The notes under the pieces are model-generated. The model saw only the letters and a list, made by a program, of their open reading frames with translations. It was not told the DNA's origin and ran no database searches. The translations under genes were made by a program, and so were the position numbers. This document shows positions 1-12,693 of a stretch of 64,000 nucleotides of DNA, piece by piece (positions within the stretch are counted from its first letter, which is position 1; each line of letters begins with the position of its first letter). The stretch comes from Lama guanicoe (taxonomy: Eukaryota). The stretch spans positions 1,068,524 to 1,132,523 of the forward strand of contig MU053873.1 of NCBI GenBank assembly GCA_013239625.1, read 5' to 3'.

Positions 1-47
1 CTTTCAGTACAAAATCCTTGAGATATACCGGTGCGCTTTCCACATGT
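1..47 (-). other. Candidate internal exon, 5' part only (runs off the window edge), host gene unknown
   Basis: Minus strand reads gtttcagttttgccctttcag|ACATGTGGAAAGCGCACCGGTATATCTCAAGGATTTTGTACTGAAAG: pyrimidine tract plus CAG at 50-48 in non-repeat sequence. The donor is not visible. Confidence 0.45.
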
Positions 48-2300
48 CTGAAAGGGCAAAACTGAAACCCGGGCTAGTGGTGCTCTTATCCAAGGTTACA
101 ATATCTCTACACTCTGCTGAAAGTTTAAAATAACTTCAAAAGGGCCGCCGGCTTCTAAGTGGGTTACTGTTACACAGGAGCCAAACACTGTACTAATAGG
201 AGGAGAGACATTTCAGTCTGTAATATTATCTCATCAAAAAATTCCTGGGGATTTAAAAGGGAAACTTCCTTCCTTTTGTCCTTTTGCTGCTGTCGACCGG
301 GGTAGGGTGTCAATGCCATACAGAGTTTCACGTGAAACAACAGTCCTGGACCTTTTCTTAAAAGGTGTGGTGGCCAGAATCAAGACTCATAATTTATGTG
401 AAAGAATGGAAAAGGCCAGCTCCACCCATTTTTCTCTTGAATCATAAGGATTATTTTTCCCTTCTATGTACAAAGAAACAGACAATTCCTCTGCTCTTTG
501 AATAGACAGCCTGAACCTTTTTCTGGATCTAGAATCCAGAGGTACCTGAATACAGCAACCCCCTCCCACTGCTGTCATAGCAATGGGGGCAGAAGGTACC
601 CCAAACGCAGAAAAGGAGCTGCCTGTTGCTGCCGTTTGCTGGAAACTTCCAAATGGGAACTGCGTGTGGATTAAACCGGCATTTCTCTGCTGAGGGCTCT
701 GGTGTTTTGAACAATAAGCTCAAGCCTTCTGCAGTAGGTGCCCCCTTTTTAAAGAAAATCCAAGAATGGCCTCTCTCCTATTTGATTCCTCTGAACCGAA
801 AAGAACAACTGAGAAGCTGCCTGTCAGAACCTGGGTAAAGCAGCAAGGACTTCAAATCCACCTTCTCACTGGAGCATCTCCCACGCCCTGGAACTTCATT
901 TTGTCAGATAATTATGTTGAAACTTAGATACGGCCCTGTGTATACCTCATGTCCGACTTCACAAACCTCCACTTAGAACTTTCATTTCCAACTTCAAGTA
1001 GGTAAGGAGATGTTTCATAAGTTAAATCTTGTATATAAAAAAGTATCCAATAGCCTATAGAAAACCATTTGAACATGTAAGCCAAATTTAATTCCAAATC
1101 TATTCTTAAAGTGACTCAAAGTGACAAAGAGCTACCAGATGACAAGATTGATCTCTACATAGAAATTCGCTGACATGGCTTTAGTTCAAATTACAAGGCA
1201 ACACAATAAAGGACATTTGACTGTTCTCACCATAAAAAGGTAAGGATTACATGCTTACACAAAGAGGTATTAAATCGAGAAGAAGTATGTTGGAGGGGAA
1301 AAGGTAAAGTGGGATTCTCCTTCGTCCAGATTTAAAAAGAATACTGTAAAACAGCAAAATCAACAAAACTACATGATGCCAGTCTGAAACTAGAAAAATA
1401 AAACAAGTGGAAAAGAAATTCCAAAAAATACATTTAGATTTTTATAAGATCTTAATATGATGCAAACCAGGGCAACGTAAGGACGTAGAAAGGGCTCGTT
1501 TAATAAATTCTGTTGGGACAGGAGGACAGCAATGCAGAGAAAAGCTCAGCCTGGCCATCTGTGTGTAACTCTGAGAACTGACGAGGCGACACGAGTTAAG
1601 GGCAATCAACAAGCTAGACCTCGATAGGGGAGGCAGAACGGACCATGTATTTGTAAAACTTCTCCATGTCATCAGTAACAGAGAGGGATGAAATGATAGA
1701 GTTATGAAATATACACAGTTTACTGTAAGAAAACAGGAAAACCATCAGCCTTGTTGCTGGCTTACTGCATAGCAAAATCACCAAAGTAAATCAATGCTAC
1801 GCCCCACGAGGGAGGCCTGCTGGGTGCATGTGAACCCACCTGGCTGGCTGCGCTGCAAACTGGCTCAGTTTACGGGGAACTGGGCTAGCAAATGCAACAG
1901 ACTCCAGACCCTATGACCTTCTTTCCCTCACAATTCCATTTTTAGAACAGATCCTGAGGAAGTAATCTAAAACAGAGAAGTAACTTCACATGGTAAAACC
2001 TTCAAGCAGTCCTCCTCCAAACTATGAAAACGTAGAAACAAAGTCTCCCCCAAAGACTATGTAATCAAACAAAACAATGTGCAGCATTTACAGATTATGT
2101 AATCGTAAGAAGATACTGATGAAGATAACAAGGTATAAAAAATACTGCATATCAAATTTTAAGAAAACTATATGTACAAAACAACACCTATTTTAAAACA
2201 CCATCTGCAGATGGGCGAAAACAGAAAGCAGACGAAGAATTTCTTAAGGTGATGGGTTAGAGAAGGAGGAGGGCTGGAGACTTCTCCTTTGGATTCCAGT

Positions 2301-2375
2301 ATTCATTCAAACCAGCATTTGCTAAGCACTGACCCTGTGCTAGAACACTGGGCAAGAAAAGGTAATTAAGACCTA
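2301..2375 (-). mobile_element. L2 3' end fragment
   Basis: attcattcaa...catttgctaagcact...tgtgctag is the reverse complement of the typical L2 tail. Confidence 0.6.
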
Positions 2376-3469
2376 CTGTTGTTTGATCAGCAATTTGAAG
2401 AAAAAAATCTAAACATAGGCGCACTGGCTGACACAACAGGTGATGGAAATGTGAAGCTCACCAGGGCTATTCCCTATAGATCAGCTAGCTCTGTGTACCA
2501 CACAGGTTAAAAGTAACAAGTGTCAGGATGAGGTGGTAACATGCGTCCTCAAACAGATGTGCTCCTTCCCCACAGCTACACGCCACCAACGGGCTGGTCC
2601 AGGCAAGGCACTGTGCGCACGCACCGGCCGCCCGCAAGGGCTCCGCGAGGAAGATACAAGAGGAATCTACGGTAAACACTCTTCTCACTGAGGATGATGG
2701 CAGTTTAGCTCCAGTCATCCTAACATGTCGAGCTTGCTCCAGAGGACTACCTGACTACAGAGATACTTTATGAAGTTACAACACAGTTTTGTTTGCTTCC
2801 TTTGACACATTCAAAACAGATGGACGAAAACACTCAAAACAAAATAATAAAGCTAAAAATCCTTTCACCATTTACTGGAAGATACTCCCCACCCTGCTGC
2901 CCGCACCCGGCAGCAGTACAATAAAGGGCAAGTCAGGGCTCTTTATAAAATAAAGACAATGACTCCTGAGATCTGAGGACTTTCTCACAAGGAACCTAGG
3001 GAATGCAATAAGCCCAGTTTGCTGTCATCTTGAGTAGTATTCTGGATGCAAAGGCAGGCCTTTGTGGGGCAGGTTCATTACCTCCCCATCAAGATTCCAA
3101 ATTCATTTTTACTCAGAACGTCTCCGTAATTGGAAATACGTAGAAAGGAAAATGAGAGGAATAATCCAACGTTTGCCAAGCAGCCAACCTGAGCAGGGGA
3201 TTCTCAGCACGCACTCTAGTGTTCTGCCAGCAGGCAGAGCCTGTCCTTCCACGCTGACACCACCGTGGAAATGGGCTGGGGCCTCGCTCTGTGGGACATG
3301 GGCTTTGAGGCACTGGCCAGGGTGGATCTTACCTCCTGTGTGGCCCTGGAAGAGCCACACCACCTCAGACCTGAAGGGCAGTGCTGACACTGCCCACTGG
3401 GCATGCCTTTCTGAGGACGAGATATGGGGTCGGCCCGTGTGCCTGGCAAGTGGAAAGTGGGGCAACAGA

Positions 3470-4505
3470 CATGACACCAAAATAGAAGGAAAAACAGATC
3501 ATCTGAACTTCCAACAAAATGTAAAACTTGTGTGCTGCAAAGGACACCACCAAGAACATAAAAAGACAAACCATGGAATGGAAGAAAATATGTGTGAATC
3601 ATGTATTTGATAAAGGACTACAGAAAAACCCTTACAACTCAATAATAAGACTAATTATCCAACTTAAAAATGGGCAGGGGATCTAAATAGGTATTTCTTC
3701 AAAAAAGATATGCAAATACAAGTAAGCACATGAGAGCTGCTCAACATTACAGGAAATGCAAATCAAAACCACAATGAGATACACACTTCACACCCTCCAG
3801 GATGGCTGTAATCGGGAAGAGAAAATAACAAGTGTTGCCTGTGATGTGGAAAAATGAGAACCTTCATACACTGCTGTGGAAACATAGAATGGGGCAGCTG
3901 CCTTTGAAATTAGTAAGGTAGTTTTGCAAACAATGAAACATAGTTACCATCTGACTCAGTAATTCCACTCCGAGCTATATACCAGAGAGATAGGAAAACA
4001 TACCTCCATACAAAAAACGTGTATCTGAACGTTTAAAGTAACATTGTTCATAACAGCCAAAAAGGTGGAAATAACCCAAATGTCCACCAACGGGTGAATG
4101 GGTAAACAACGTGTAGTATATTCATACAATGGAATATTATTTGGTCACGAAAAAGGAACAATGTATACACTACAATATGGATGAACATTGAAAATATTAA
4201 CCTCAGTGAAAGAAGCCAGCCACAAAAGCCTACGTCTTATATTTCTCTATTCACATGCAAGTCCAGGACAGGGAACTCTATAGAGACAGGTGCATAAGGT
4301 TAGAGGGCATAAGCAATGAGAAAGGACAGAGAGGTAGAAGCTAAAAGGTACAAAATTTCCTTTTTGATAGGATTTGAATGTTCTAAAATTGATTGTAGTG
4401 ATGGTGTACAACTCTGTGAACACACTAAAAACCACTGAAGCATTCACTTTACATAGGTGAATTGTACAATACGTGAATTGTATCTCAACAAAGCTGTTAT
4501 CGAAG
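3470..4505 (+). mobile_element. L1M (L1MB-like) 3' fragment: ORF2 end plus 3' UTR
   Basis: Hallmark L1 motifs aaatgcaaatcaaaaccacaatgagatac, gtaattccactc, cccaaatgtccaccaac, gtgaaagaagccag, ending gtgaattgtatctcaacaaagctgtt; many stops and indels. Confidence 0.93.
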
Positions 4506-5154
4506 AGTTATGCAAATAAAGGGCAAGTTAAAAAAGAAAAAAAATAGCAGGGCAAGATTCTATCATCAGTGGTGTGGCGTGGTGAAAAGAACGCAGCCTG
4601 AGGTTCAGTTTCCTGGGGCATAAAACAGGGATGGCACAAGCCAGTGCACTTAATGAATTAGGATTCCATGGCTGGGGTGCGGAGGGTATATTAGGGTGCG
4701 GTGCCTAAGAGGGAGAGGGCAAGGGCTCCAGCAGGGCGGGACCCTCATTAAGAAACAGGAGGAGCAGTGAGAGCCGAGAGGGTGGAAACAGAACTACCCC
4801 TGTTCACTGTTCCCAAGCAATCAAGCAAGAAACCCATCATGAGGATGCATGAAAGCAGGATGCCAGTGATAAATCCAAGGTGGGGGCAAGACCCCCCAGA
4901 GGGGAAGACAGCCCCCCACCCCCAACCCGTTCCTTGAGGACTCACTAGCTCCACCCACAAGCCACAGGTTCACCCCCATCCCACCCCTGCTTCTCTGTAA
5001 TTGCCCTGGTGAGTTTCCAAACCAGAGCACTTCAGGAAGGGACACCTGATGAAAATCTCCTGATTAAACTAGTCCCGTGTAGTCTGTTAATGGCAGGGGC
5101 GGGGGGGGGGACAGGGAGGAGAGGAAACCACAGCGTTAAAAGCAATAAAGTATA

Positions 5155-5305
5155 TGCTGGGCTTTGCCACCCTGGACGACCTCGGGCAAGTCGCGCATAG
5201 GGGCCCCCTTCTCTCTGATCCTGGGAGCAAGGGGAATGCCTGCCACCTGCCTACCCCCTGGGGGTTTGGGGAGGATTAATGAGATGATGTCTGAGCTGTG
5301 CTTCG
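5155..5305 (+). mobile_element. MIR SINE (degenerate)
   Basis: gctttgccac...gacctcgggcaagtc...gaggattaatgagatgatgt. Confidence 0.6.
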
Positions 5306-6770
5306 GGCTCCCTGGAGACAGTCGCTACATATCAGGCATTATTAGCACAAGCTGGGACAGTTTCTTGCCCATTCCTCACCTCATTACACCACTGATGCTT
5401 TATTATCTGCTATAAAAGTTCTTGCTCAAAGAGTGGGCCAGGGAGGTCATAACCCAGGCTGGGTCTGCCTGGCCAATGCTGTGAAAGCCACTCCCTAAAC
5501 CCACGCTCGGCAGCCACAGGGCACCTTGAAAGTTCAGCACAGTGCCTAGTATTTGATACCGGAGATGGATGATTAAAAAGGCCCTTTGGTTTTTAACGGA
5601 GACCCTTCGCTTTTGTGTTACCACCCCCACATCCCACCATTCTAGGGCCCTAGAGGAGTGACAGCCAGGCTGGGGAGGGGAACGTGGGACAGCTCCTGGA
5701 GTCTCCAACTACTCTGTTCCTAGGTGTCAGATTGATGGACATGTTTTTGCAGTGTTTAATTTCACGGCTACCAACCAGGTAGACTCTTAGTTTACATACA
5801 AAGAACCCATATTTATGGTGTTTCTAAGTGAGGTCTAGGACTGTTGTGTGAGTGCATAAAAGACACAAACACTGTACGCCGTGTGGGTCTGTCTTCAAAG
5901 GTCTTTATCCAGTTTGATGAACCTGACATTTATTTCTAGAAAGCTCACTAGCCTTGGTCTGTAGCAGGAGAGAAGTCAGAAAAGGCAACCCAGGTGCTTC
6001 AGTTCAAAGGATGAGAGACAGTGGGCCTGTGAGCCACAGCAGAGAGGGAATGGCTCGTCCATGCCACCCCTGCATGCTCCCACAGGGCCACGCAGGAAAG
6101 GCGTGACCACCTGTGGTCCTCTACGAACAGGGGAGGACTCGCAGGGGGACCATGAGGTGCACTCAAGGCCATCTCCCACGTACCTGCCAACTCCCCTGGG
6201 AGGCAGCCCTGAGCCAGCTCCTCATCACCGCCCCTTGGAAGAGGTGCAGCCGGTGAAAGCGCGTAGCCGACTGCACGGAAGTAACAGGGGGTTTCCCACA
6301 ACCCACACTGCGGGCATCCAACCCGCCTGTTTCGGTGTCATACTTTCTTGGTTTGTGGGACAAAGACCGCGGGAAGCTGGCAACTTTGTCTACTCTTCCT
6401 TTTGCTGTCTATGTCAGTGATAAATTGTCTGAATCTAAAAGTGACTCCTTTACCAGCTAAGTCAGTCAAGCCTCAGCCTCGGCCTTACCTTGCCCTGTGT
6501 GATTAGCAAGAGGGTGCACCCAACTCTCACTTCTACTACACCTCTGAGGTCAAGAGGACGAGGCTGCTTCCCAGAGCCAGCAGGTGAGATCTCAGGCAAC
6601 GAGCAGAGAATCGATGGCTCCTGGGTCGGCCTCCCAGCACAGACGGAATTCCTTCCATCTCACCGTCTTAGCTTTGTCACCCACACTGAGGGAGACCGAT
6701 ACTGACATGACAAGGTTGTTGTGAAGACTGGCGCTCGTGTACATTAAACTTCTAGAGCACTGGTGACAGT

Positions 6771-6985
6771 AACAGCCGCTAACACTTACTGTGTGCTTGC
6801 TGTGTTGTGGGCACTGGTTTTCTAGTTTTATAGGTGTTAACTCATTTGATACCAACAACCTTATTAAGGTAGGCATTCTTAGTATTCTCATTTTATAGAA
6901 GAGGCACCCAAAACAGAGAGGTTCAGCGATTTGCTCAAGGTCACACCACAGTAAGTGTCAGAGCTGGGATTTAAACCCAGGCAGC
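6771..6985 (-). mobile_element. MIR SINE
   Basis: aactcatttg...ctcattttatagaagagg...gctcaaggtcacac...gagctgggatttaaacccaggcag. Confidence 0.88.
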
Positions 6986-7727
6986 CGTTATCACCCTGCC
7001 ACAGCAGACATCAAATATATTCCCCTTACTTTCTTGTTGCTGAAAAGAAAGTAACATGTTTTGTCCAATCCAAGTGCTAAGAACTGTTCTTGTCCTGCTA
7101 TCTTCTTAGTTATTTGATTGACCCTGAGTTTAAACAAATAAACATGAGAAAAAGAGAAGGGTTGGCAGGGATGCAGATTACAAGGGATTCTAGGAATCAT
7201 GAGTATTCATTCTGGGGGGGCAGGGGTCGGGGGGCACTGGGCAGCAGAGCAGGACCCCTAAGACCAGAACAGGTCTTGTGACGACAGATAGGTTCCCCGA
7301 GCACACAGTGACACTGGTAAATTTCAGCCATGCACCTCCAGGTGACGGTGGCCCGTGAGTGGGCTGCCAGCTGTGTCTGTCTCTTCCAGCCGCCCTAGAC
7401 TTCACCCTGAGCAGTAATTGTCTTGGGTGTTTTTAGCCTCCTTCCATAGCTGGAGCAGCCCAGCCCAGAGCCTGGTTTTAAGCAATGAGTCTGGCTCTAG
7501 TCCCCTCCCCACATGGGCTACTTTTAGTTCCCGCTGCCCCACCGCCTACTTCCAGACTCACAGCATAGCAGGACTATGGCTTCAGCATCAATCTTTGCTT
7601 TGTATTTGTTTGTTTTTCATAGATATGTTTGTCTTGTTTTTGAGCATAAGCACATCTTTAATTTTCTTTTTATATTCGGTGTTTGGAACTAGGGGGTAAA
7701 AGGAAGTGATCCAAAATTAAACTATAC

Positions 7728-8367
7728 ACTGAGCAGAAGGTGATATTTTAAAAGAGACTTAAAGGAGGTAAGGGAGAGAGTCATGCCTGGAGGACAAAAA
7801 TTCTCCCAGAGGGCACAACAGCAAGTGCAAAAACCTCGAGGCAGGTCTGGAATGTGTGAAGAACAGCATGGAGGCGAGTGTGGCTGGAACGGAGTGAGCT
7901 GGGGGACAGGGGGGTGAGGGGCAGGAGGCAGGAGAGAAGGTGACAGCAGGCCAAACCATGAAGGACTTTATAAGCCCTCATAAGTCAGGGGGAAATTCTG
8001 AGCAGAGTAGCAACAGGGTCAGACTTCAGTGTTAACAGGATTGCTCTGGCTGCTCCATTTGAGAAAGACAGGCTGGGGGACAGAGGCAGGAAGTGGGAGG
8101 GAAGATGAAGGGAGTCTGGTTAGGAGGCTCCTGCAAGAAACCAGAGGATAAATGAGGATGGGGTAGGACAAGGAGGTGGTGGAAAGTGTTTGGACTCTGA
8201 ATATAATTTGAAGGTAGAGTCACCAGAAATTGCTGACGGATTGGCTGTGGGTGGGGCAGAAAGACAGGGGTCAAGAATGACTCCAAGGATAGATATGCTA
8301 TTTACCTGAGATGAGGAAGAATGACGGAATAGGTTTGTTTTGGAAGGAGTTCAGTTTTAAACACGAA
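7728..8367 (-). mobile_element. L2 (L2a-like) fragment
   Basis: aacagcaagtgcaaaaacctcgaggcag, gagtgtggctggaacggagtgag, gactctgaatataatttgaaggtagag, gagttcagttttaaacac match the reverse L2 consensus. Confidence 0.88.
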
Positions 8368-8429
8368 AATGAAAACTGGGCCTTGTCTTACTACAAAGAT
8401 GCAAAAATTACTGTAAGACTCAAAAGAAG

Positions 8430-9298
8430 ACTGAAGACTATTACCCAGAATATATAAAGAACTCTTAAAACACAATTGTAGAAACACAAACAACCCAAAT
8501 AAAAATGGGTAAAGGATTTGAATCAAGACTTCACAAAGAAGAGATGGGGTGGCAAATGAAAGCACGGACGGATGCTCAGCATCGTCATCAGAGAAACGCA
8601 GAATAAGCCTAACAAGATACTGCTACCCGCCCACAGGAGTGGTTGGAATTAAAAGACTGATAGTATGAAGGGCTGGGGAGGATGTGGAGCAACGGGAACA
8701 CTCAGCGCTTCTGGGAATGCCCAAGTAGCATAGTCAACTTGGGCAAAAGCAAGACACACACCTACCAGGCGACCCAGCCATTCTACACAAGAGAAATGGA
8801 AATATTTGTCCACATGAATCTTGTGCTCAAATAGTCACAGCAGCTTTGTTTATGACAGCCAAACAGTGGAAACCGCCCAATGTCCATCAACAAGTAAATG
8901 AATTTTAAACAATGGAATACTACCCAGCCATAAAAAACAAAACACTGATGCATGCTACAACATGGATGAACCTCAAAATCAGCACACTGAGTCCATTAAT
9001 CCACACTTCTTCCCCTCCTCCAAAAAAGGGTATATAATGCATGTTTCCATTAATATGGAATTCTAAAAAATGGAAGCTTATCTCTAGTGACAGAAAGCAG
9101 ACCAGTGATTGTCTGGGGCTGGGGCAGAGGAAGGGATGGACTGCCATGGGATAAGAAACCTTCAGGGGTGATGAAAATGTTCCCAATCTTGGTTGTAGTG
9201 TTGGTTTCACAGATGGGTACATCTATCAAAACTCCTGACACTGTATCTCTAAATGGGTAGTTTACTGAATGTAGATACTTCAATTAAATTTTTTAAAA
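8430..9298 (+). mobile_element. L1M (L1ME-like) 3' fragment
   Basis: cccagaatatataaagaactct, ggaggatgtggagcaacgggaac, cccaatgtccatcaac, acatggatgaacctcaaaa, ggggtgatgaaaatgttc. Confidence 0.9.
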
Positions 9299-10073
9299 GG
9301 AAATTGCTGAATTCAGGGCAAAAACAAAGACAACATTCTAAAAAAGAGAGTCAACCACTCTATCATGGAGCTTGCCAACCCAACCAAAAGTCGCAAACAT
9401 CCCAGTGCTAACACTCAGTTATATAAATGGGTTTTCATCATAAATGCATGATGACCTAGGGGAGAAAAAAAGAGGACTTTCCTGATTCAGGTCTAGCTCA
9501 GAACTGGGCCATGAAAACTACTAAGAGACAATGTCTTTTCTGAACAGCTGGTATGGATTTGGTTCTTCTCCATGTTTTGTGAAGCCTACTCTTGGTAAAA
9601 TAAAGACTAAAACCTAGAGCAGAGCCCTTGGGATGTCTTACCACTGAGGCAGAGGCAGTGTGGGTGCTGAGGTGCACAAGCGCCTTCTTCCCCTCGCTCC
9701 TCCAAAAGGATGCTCGTGGCATAAGCCACTGTGCATAAGCCTTGATGCACCTGAACTAAGAGTGGTCCCTTACCTGGAACTCTGCCTTCTGGTTTTCTTG
9801 CAAACCCAAAGAATGTACAAACCAAATTCCAGCCAGAGACCAGCAGCCACAACAAAGGACATTCTTAAGGGTGGAGGCAGTGACAGGGCAGCTTGTTCCT
9901 TTGTGCAGGAGCTTTTCTGGCCGCAGCTGTTCCTGCCCACCACGCCCCCACCCCCCAACACAGGCACGCATCTTCACACTTACGCATTGATCCATCCACA
10001 CACAACCGTGTAAATATGCCCCACCAAAGGCACATGTAGCATGTCACGTACAAATATGGAACAAATGAGAATA

Positions 10074-10409
10074 CAGTTGTCCCTTGGTATCCCCGGGTTC
10101 AGGGACCCCCGTGGATACCCAAATCAGAAGGCGCTCAAGTCCCTTTTATGAAATGATGCAGTGTTTGTGTATAACCTACACATATCCTCCTGTATACTTT
10201 AAATCACCTCTAGATTACTTATAATACTCAACACAATGTAAATAGTTGCAAATACAGTGTCAATGCTATGCAAAGAGTCGCCCACATGAGACAGATTCAA
10301 GTTTTGCTTTTGGGAACATTCTGGAATTTTTTTTCCCAACCAAATAATTTTCAATCTGTGGTTGCTTGAATCCTTGGATGTGGATCTTGTGGTTACACAG
10401 AGCCGACTG
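10074..10409 (+). mobile_element. MER2B-like TcMar-Tigger non-autonomous DNA transposon, full length
   Basis: TA|cagttgtcccttggtatcc ... ggttacacagagccgactg terminal inverted repeats; internal ctttaaatcacctctagattacttataatac and ttcaagttttgcttttgggaac. Confidence 0.9.
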
Positions 10410-10664
10410 ACGCTGGTTCTAGATTCCATCATGGCATGCTGCCCAACCATAGAAGCACTTGTTAGAGAGTCAGTACAACAAAGTCAAGAGGTCGTCCCTC
10501 TCTGTAAAAAACAAGTGACTGCTTGTCTCTCTCAGGGAGCTGAACCAGACACTGTCAGAGCATGGCCTGAGATGGGTCTGTATCACAGACAACTTCACCA
10601 CTTCCCTCAGTACTCCAAGCCTTCCCTGGAAGGTCAGAGGTTATGGAAGTCACTCAGCTGAGAC

Positions 10665-10845
10665 TGCAGCTTCAGACCCATCTGTGTAATGATGGTGATA
10701 CTCCGTTTCCGCACAGACAATGCAGGAGCCATGAGCCACATGTGGCTATTGAAACTGGGGAACTGGATTTTGAGTTTCACTTAACTTCAATTAATTCAAA
10801 TTTAAGGAGCCACATCTGGCTAGTAGTGACTGCTATGTTAACTTT
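10665..10845 (+). mobile_element. MER3-like hAT-Charlie element
   Basis: tctgtgtaatgatgg...agccacatgtggctattga...aatttaaggagccacatctggctagt. Confidence 0.8.
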
Positions 10846-11747
10846 AGACTCTAAAATCTAAAAGTTCCCTACAATCTTAAGAAAGAAAGAAAAAAAAAAG
10901 GAACAAACATATTCTTACCCTGTCCTCAAGTTATCTTAAAATTATCAAATTAAAGTCAGGACTGGCTCATATCTATAAGATAAACGTGTTTGATGTGACA
11001 GGTTACAAGGGAAATATTGTTTTAAAAAGATTTTGTTTTGGAAGCACCATGCAGTGCAGAACAAAACAAAACACCACAGGAGACCAGCAGTGCAGGTGTC
11101 CTGGGGTCAAGACCAGTGAGCAGTCAGGTGACACAGGGAATTCGAGATCTCAAGGGACAGAAACTCAGGTTGCCCGTGACCTCACTGTGAAATCTTGGGC
11201 AATGACTTCCCCTCTAGATCTCAATTTCTCAACAGTACCTAGGATTTCACCACCTGCCGCATTTAACTCAGAGTTGTTAGATGCCATCATAAATTCACCG
11301 AAGTCACTTGAAGGTCCTTACGCCCCATTCCATGGCCCCGCCCATTCTTCATGGTCCAGCCCCAGCCCCACTGCCTCTGAGCCATCTTTCTAGACCCCTT
11401 CTGCTCAGTATTACTGTTCCCACCTCTGAACGCCTACCCTCTTTTGATGTTTCTATGCATGTGTATTCTCTCCCTGTGGAGAGGGGAGTGGTTGTCAATT
11501 ACTGGCTCTGGATCAAATGGCAAACTCTGATGTTATAGAAAAATAAACAGCAACACCATAAGGTGAAGGGAGCCAATGGGCTAGAGTGAGTGACAGGGAA
11601 AAAGCCAAGGATGGCGTCAGTCTTCTACACTTAGGATGACTGGCAACAGCTGCAGAAGAGCCAGTAGCTGGGATGCCCTAACCATGGAATTGCAGGGACC
11701 CTCCAAGAGGGGGCTTGGGGCCCAGGGGCCTGGCAGGCAATGGGCTC

Positions 11748-12062
11748 TGCTATGGCCTGGACACTTGTGTCCCCAGAGAATTCCTGTGTTGAAATCCTAA
11801 CCCCCAAAGGTGACGGTATTAGTAGGTGGGATCCTGGGAGGAGCATAAGTCATGAGAGGGGACCCCTCCCCACGTAGAGGATGAGTGCTCCCTAGCTTCC
11901 TCTGCCACATGAAGTCTTCAAGACGGAAGAGGGCCCTCACCCCACCACGCTGGCACCCTGATCTCAGATCTTCAGCCTCCAGAACTGTGAGAGAGAGATT
12001 TCTGTGGTTTATAAGCCACCCAATCTGTGGTATTTTGTTAAAACAGCCCAAAGAGCTTAAAC
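11748..12062 (+). mobile_element. MLT1A-like MaLR solo LTR
   Basis: tgctatgg...tgttgaaatcctaacccccaa...ctggcaccctgatctcagatcttcagcctccagaactgtgaga...tttataagccaccc...tgtggtattttgtt. Confidence 0.92.
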
Positions 12063-12314
12063 TCTGAACAACAATGTCAGCTTCACGCCCACAACTCAGA
12101 ACACCCTGATTTCTAAAGGGAACAGCGAGGTGGGCGCCCAGAGGCTGCTGCAACTCCTGACAGAGTTACCAAAATATGTCTTTTTAAAATATAGTCCCTA
12201 GCCATAGGGTCCAAAATCCACAGAACTCAAGGGCCCTGAGTTCAGATGGCAATGCCAACCCCAACCCTTCCACTAGATCAAACTCCCAAATCTGTGCCCG
12301 AGCTCCTTAGTTAA

Positions 12315-12693
12315 CAGTGGCTCCCGGGCCTCAGGCACTATGAACTAGGAGCCCCAGGGCACTGTTAGAAAGGCACAGTCCAGCGGGATGGACTGTGAAC
12401 GGGCACAGGAGAACCTTCTGGGCTGACGGTCATGTTGTTCTTCATCTTGACAGAAAAGGTAAAGGCTGAGCCACATAAGGGGCCGCTTTTGTCAAAACCC
12501 GTGGGACAGGATACTTAAGATCTGTACATTTCATTCCAGGTAAATTTCAAACTCAAAGAAAAAAAATGAACCAACAAAAAAATGCCCAGTCCAGCCACAC
12601 ACACACAACTCCAATCAGAATCTCTGGAGCTGGGACACAGACTGAGGGATTTTAACATGATTCTGATGAAGGGGAACCTCTGAGAACACTCTG
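12315..12693. mobile_element. MER5-like hAT element split by an L1 fragment
   Basis: Left half cagtggctc...ctgttagaaa (12315-12372); right half atgcccag...aatcagaatctctggagctggg...ttttaacatgattctgatg...tgagaacactctg (12582-12693). Confidence 0.55.
12375..12567 (+). mobile_element. L1M 3' terminal fragment
   Basis: gggcacaggagaaccttctgggctgacgg...tttgtcaaaac...acttaagatctgtacatttcatt...gtaaattt, then an A-rich tail. Confidence 0.78.

Noticed and set aside
3062..3610. 182-aa ORF
   Set aside because: Its 3' part is an off-frame L1 remnant and the rest has no protein-like features.
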